Origin: Candidatus Fervidifonticultor secundus | GTDB lineage: Bacteria; Sysuimicrobiota; Sysuimicrobiia; Sysuimicrobiales; Humicultoraceae | Direction: 5' to 3' | Length of the DNA: 64,000 bases | NCBI GenBank assembly: GCA_031459385.1 | Contig: JAVKIP010000001.1 | Span: 160,001 to 224,000, forward strand | Part shown: in pieces, positions 60,866 to 64,000 of the stretch | Layout of the letters: every line of letters starts with the position of its first letter | How positions within the stretch are numbered: position 1 is the stretch's first letter | Program-made: the position numbers and the translations under genes | Notes under the pieces: generated by a model | Told to the model about the DNA's origin: nothing | Database searches by the model: none | Seen by the model: only the letters and a program-made list of their open reading frames with translations

Positions 60866-62101
60866 ATGAGTACTGCCGCACAGGTCGAGGGCCGCCTCGA
60901 CCCCGACGAGGTCGTGCGTCTGGCCCGGCGGCTGGTGGCGACGCCCAGCCACGCGGCGGAGCACGGCTGGGAGACCGGCGTCGCCGCCGTGCTCGAGGAG
61001 ATCCTGGGAGCCGCAGGCGTCCAGATCCGCCGCCAGCCCGTTGCAGCCGGCCGCGACAACCTCCTGGCGGTGCTGCCCGGGGTCCGCGAGGGACCACCGC
61101 TGCTGGTCCTGAACGGTCACATGGACACCGTGCCTCCGCCGGTCGACGCTGCCAGGGCTCCGTTTGCCGCCGAAGTCGCCGGCGGGCGCCTCTGGGGCCG
61201 CGGAGCCGCAGACATGAAGGGCGGACTGGCCGCGCTGGCGAGCGCGCTGCTGGCGCTGCGGCGGGCCGACGTGCGGCCGCCCCGCCCCATCGTGCTGGCC
61301 GCGGTCGTGGCCGAAGAGAGCGGCAACCTGGGGACCGCGGCGATGGTGCGCCACCCGGAGGTGTGGTCGCCCGCAGGCGCCGCAGCGGCGGCGGGGACGC
61401 CTGCCCCGGCGTCGTACGCACTCGTCGCCGAGCCCACAGGGCTAGATGTCGTCACCGCCCACAAGGGTGTCGACCGCTACCGGATCACGGTCTTCGGGCG
61501 TGCCGCGCACAGCAGCATGCCCGAACGGGGCCGGAACGCCATCGTAGGGGCGGCCCGCCTGATCATGGCCATCGAGGAACAGGTCGCGGCACAAGAGAGC
61601 CCACCGCACCCTTTGCTCGGCCTTCCGTCCTATACGATCGGCACGATCCAGGGCGGCGTCAGCCGCAACGTGGTGCCCGAGCGCTGTACCTTCCAGGTGG
61701 AGAAGCGCTACCTGCCGGGCGACGCGCCGTCGCGCATCCGACGCGCGCTGGAGCGGCTGGCGACGGAGGTGCTCGGGCCGGGCGGTGCGGCCGTCGAGCG
61801 CGAGCCGGAGTTCGAGTCCATTCCGCACCCGCCGCTGGAGGTGGCCCCTGACCATCCGCTGGTGCGCGCGACCAGCGCGGCGGTCGCGGAGGTGCGCGGT
61901 CGCGCGCCGGCGCTGGCGGGACTCCCCGGCTTTACCGACGCGGCGCTGCTGCAGGCCGCCGGCATCCCGGCCGTCGTCTGCGGCCCCGGTGACCTCGCCG
62001 CGGCCCACACCGACGACGAGTCGGTGCCCACAGACGACCTCTGGGCGGCGGCGCGCATCTACGTGCGGCTGGCCCTGAACCTGATCGCGGCCTCGAGCTG
62101 A
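60866..62101 (+). CDS. M20 metallopeptidase/deacylase (ArgE/DapE family)
   Basis: LNGHMDTV, GRGAADMKGG, AEE, AEPT, G..AHSS.PE.G.NAI, AH..DE. Confidence 0.92.
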   Translation: MSTAAQVEGRLDPDEVVRLARRLVATPSHAAEHGWETGVAAVLEEILGAAGVQIRRQPVAAGRDNLLAVLPGVREGPPLLVLNGHMDTVPPPVDAARAPFAAEVAGGRLWGRGAADMKGGLAALASALLALRRADVRPPRPIVLAAVVAEESGNLGTAAMVRHPEVWSPAGAAAAAGTPAPASYALVAEPTGLDVVTAHKGVDRYRITVFGRAAHSSMPERGRNAIVGAARLIMAIEEQVAAQESPPHPLLGLPSYTIGTIQGGVSRNVVPERCTFQVEKRYLPGDAPSRIRRALERLATEVLGPGGAAVEREPEFESIPHPPLEVAPDHPLVRATSAAVAEVRGRAPALAGLPGFTDAALLQAAGIPAVVCGPGDLAAAHTDDESVPTDDLWAAARIYVRLALNLIAASS

Positions 62102-62166
62102 GGCGGCCGGACACGGCGCGCGCGTCGGCGGCTGTCGGCGGATCCTGGCGCGCGTCCTGCCGCAGC

Positions 62167-63147
62167 TTACAGCCGCAGGTTCCCGTCCTCCAGCAGCACT
62201 GCCCCGTCCAGCGCCAGCGTCGGGCGGTACATCATGCCGTCGAAGTGGGCCGCCGCCCTGGTCGTGCCCCCGAGGTTGGCGCTGGTCCCGATGCCGATGT
62301 GGACCGTGCCGAAGGCGCCGTGGTCCTGCGCCCAGACACCGGTGAGGATGCGGATAGCGGGGTTCAGGCCGATGGCCAGCTGCGCGATGTTGTAGACGGC
62401 AGCATCGGCCAGGCTGGCCCACACGTGCCGGATCAGCCGCGCCTCGTGGCCGCCCCGGACGTCGACGATCGTCCCGCGTTCGACCGTGCAGACGACCGGG
62501 TCGCGCAGCAGCGCCGTCTTCAGGCGCAGGTTGGGGATGCTGCCGTCGAAGACCAGGACACCCTGCGCGGTGCCGTCCACCGGCGCGATGTTGGCCTCGA
62601 TGTTGGGGAAGGCCGAGAACTTTCCCGGACGGTCCAGGATGCAGTCGTGGGCGTTCCCCGCGCGGCCCCGCAGGTCGAAGGTGCAGTCTGTTCCCGCGGG
62701 CGTCGTGAGGTGGGCCGTGGCGGCCCGCGTCAGGCGCGCCGCGACTTCCCGGACCGTCGGCGCCGCCGCCTCGAAGTCGGCCTCGGCGCCGCCGCGGACC
62801 AGTTGCTCGGGGGTTACGGCGGGCAGCGACAGCACCCGCGCGCCGTGCTCGAGGGCCAGGCGCACTGCGGTCGAGTGGCTGATGGAGTACGAGACCGGCA
62901 GCAGCGCCACGTCCGCCGCGCGCAGCGCCGCGGCCACGATCGCCGGCGGCTCGTCGCCGTCCACCGCCCGCGGCGTCATCACCGTCGTGACCACCTCTGG
63001 CGTGATCTCCAGCGCCGCCGCGGCCAAGACCTCGGCTATTGCGGTGGTGTCGGTGTCGGCCACGATGGCGACCTTCTCCCCTTCGCGCACCCGCGCCAGG
63101 GTGCGGACCACTTTGCGCGCGCCCTGCATCATACCCGCCAGGTGCAC
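62167..63147 (-). CDS. Peptidase M29 (thermophilic aminopeptidase)-fold protein, atypical metal ligands
   Basis: GEKV.IV.D, TPAGTD..F....R, P..EANIAP, G.LVFDGS, IAQLAIGLNP, GTVHIGIG, HFDG, PT..LDG. Confidence 0.78.
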   Translation of the reverse strand: MHLAGMMQGARKVVRTLARVREGEKVAIVADTDTTAIAEVLAAAALEITPEVVTTVMTPRAVDGDEPPAIVAAALRAADVALLPVSYSISHSTAVRLALEHGARVLSLPAVTPEQLVRGGAEADFEAAAPTVREVAARLTRAATAHLTTPAGTDCTFDLRGRAGNAHDCILDRPGKFSAFPNIEANIAPVDGTAQGVLVFDGSIPNLRLKTALLRDPVVCTVERGTIVDVRGGHEARLIRHVWASLADAAVYNIAQLAIGLNPAIRILTGVWAQDHGAFGTVHIGIGTSANLGGTTRAAAHFDGMMYRPTLALDGAVLLEDGNLRL

Positions 63148-63184
63148 CTGCGTCCCTCCGTCCGTCGGAATCCGGCCGTCCGCC

Positions 63185-64000
63185 TCAGACGCCCACCCGC
63201 ACGCGCCGCCGGCCCAGGGCCGGGGAGAGCAGCAGCGCCGCCGTGGCCGCCAGGAACGCCGCCGCCAGCGGGCGCGTGACGAAGATCAACAGGCTGCCGT
63301 GGGCCAGCAGCAGCGATTGGCGCATCGACTCTTCCAGCGTGCGGCCCAGCACCAGCGCCAGGACCAGCGGCGCGGCGGGGTAGTCGAAGCGCCGCATGCC
63401 GGCCCCGATCGCCGCGAACGCCAGGGCCAGCCACACCTCGAAGACGTGGTTCTCCAGGCTGTAGACGCCCACCACCGCGATGGCGACGACCGCCGGCAGC
63501 AGCACGGCCCGTGGCACGCGCAGCACCGCCACGAAGGCCGGAATCGCCAGCACGTTCAACAGCACCAGCAGCAGGTTGCTGACGTACATGCTGGCGATGA
63601 CGCCCCAGACGAACTGCGGGTGCTGCTCGAAGAGCAGCGGCCCGGGCCGCAGCCCGAAGACCAGCAGCCCGCCCAGCATGATCGCGGTGGTCGCCGAGCC
63701 CGGCACGCCCAGGGTGAGCAGCGGCACCAGTGCGCCCACCGCCGCTGCGTTGTTGGCGCTCTCGGGCGCGGCCACGCCCTCGATGGCGCCCCGCCCGAAC
63801 CGCGCGGGGGCTTGGGCGACACGCTTCTCCGCGGCGTAGGCGATCATGGACGCCGCGGTGGCACCAGCACCGGGCAGGATGCCGACGAAGAAACCGATGA
63901 GTCCTCCACGGAGGATCGCCCACCGGCTGGCGACCCAGTCGGCGGCGGTGGGGAGCACGCTGCGCAGGCGCAGGTCGGCGTGTACGGGCCTCCCGGTGCG
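63185..64000 (-). CDS. tctA: Tripartite tricarboxylate transporter large permease, C-terminal part (runs off the window end)
   Basis: GILPGAGAT.AS, GVAAPESANNA, PLLTLGVPGS, PGPLLF, APLVL.LVLG. Confidence 0.93.
   Translation of the reverse strand, partial: RTGRPVHADLRLRSVLPTAADWVASRWAILRGGLIGFFVGILPGAGATAASMIAYAAEKRVAQAPARFGRGAIEGVAAPESANNAAAVGALVPLLTLGVPGSATTAIMLGGLLVFGLRPGPLLFEQHPQFVWGVIASMYVSNLLLVLLNVLAIPAFVAVLRVPRAVLLPAVVAIAVVGVYSLENHVFEVWLALAFAAIGAGMRRFDYPAAPLVLALVLGRTLEESMRQSLLLAHGSLLIFVTRPLAAAFLAATAALLLSPALGRRRVRVGV

Overview
A very GC-rich bacterial chromosomal segment, densely coding, dominated by solute uptake and orphan catabolic enzymes. The gene repertoire resembles uncultured heterotrophs such as Armatimonadota/CSP1-3-like lineages, but that is only an impression. 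Contents: three Dpp/Opp-type ABC modules (binding protein plus two permeases, none with an adjacent ATPase), one lone DppD-like ATPase, a complete PotABCD-like ABC system, two MFS transporters, a partial TctA, two GntR regulators with visible palindromic operators, tRNA-Lys(UUU), a stand-alone copper nitrite reductase (nirK), a cold-shock protein, ferritin, NamZ and LhgO. There is also a DNA-repair neighbourhood (archaeal-type ATP-dependent ligase, Ada, endonuclease V homolog, DUF72), a frameshifted cyclase-ATPase-TPR gene and a decayed Gfo/Idh/MocA gene. I saw no CRISPR array, transposase, integrase or rRNA. The best candidates for undescribed biology are: (i) a GntR-linked operon with three translationally coupled, mutually diverged DUF3830 (cyclophilin-like) genes between an ABC importer and an aldehyde dehydrogenase plus ornithine-cyclodeaminase-family gene; (ii) a tandem pair of nucleoside 2-deoxyribosyltransferase-fold genes, one intact and one lacking the catalytic Glu; (iii) an endonuclease V homolog missing three of four catalytic residues; (iv) three M19-fold and one M29-fold paralogs with rewired metal sites. 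All family calls come from motif recognition by eye; no database searches were run.
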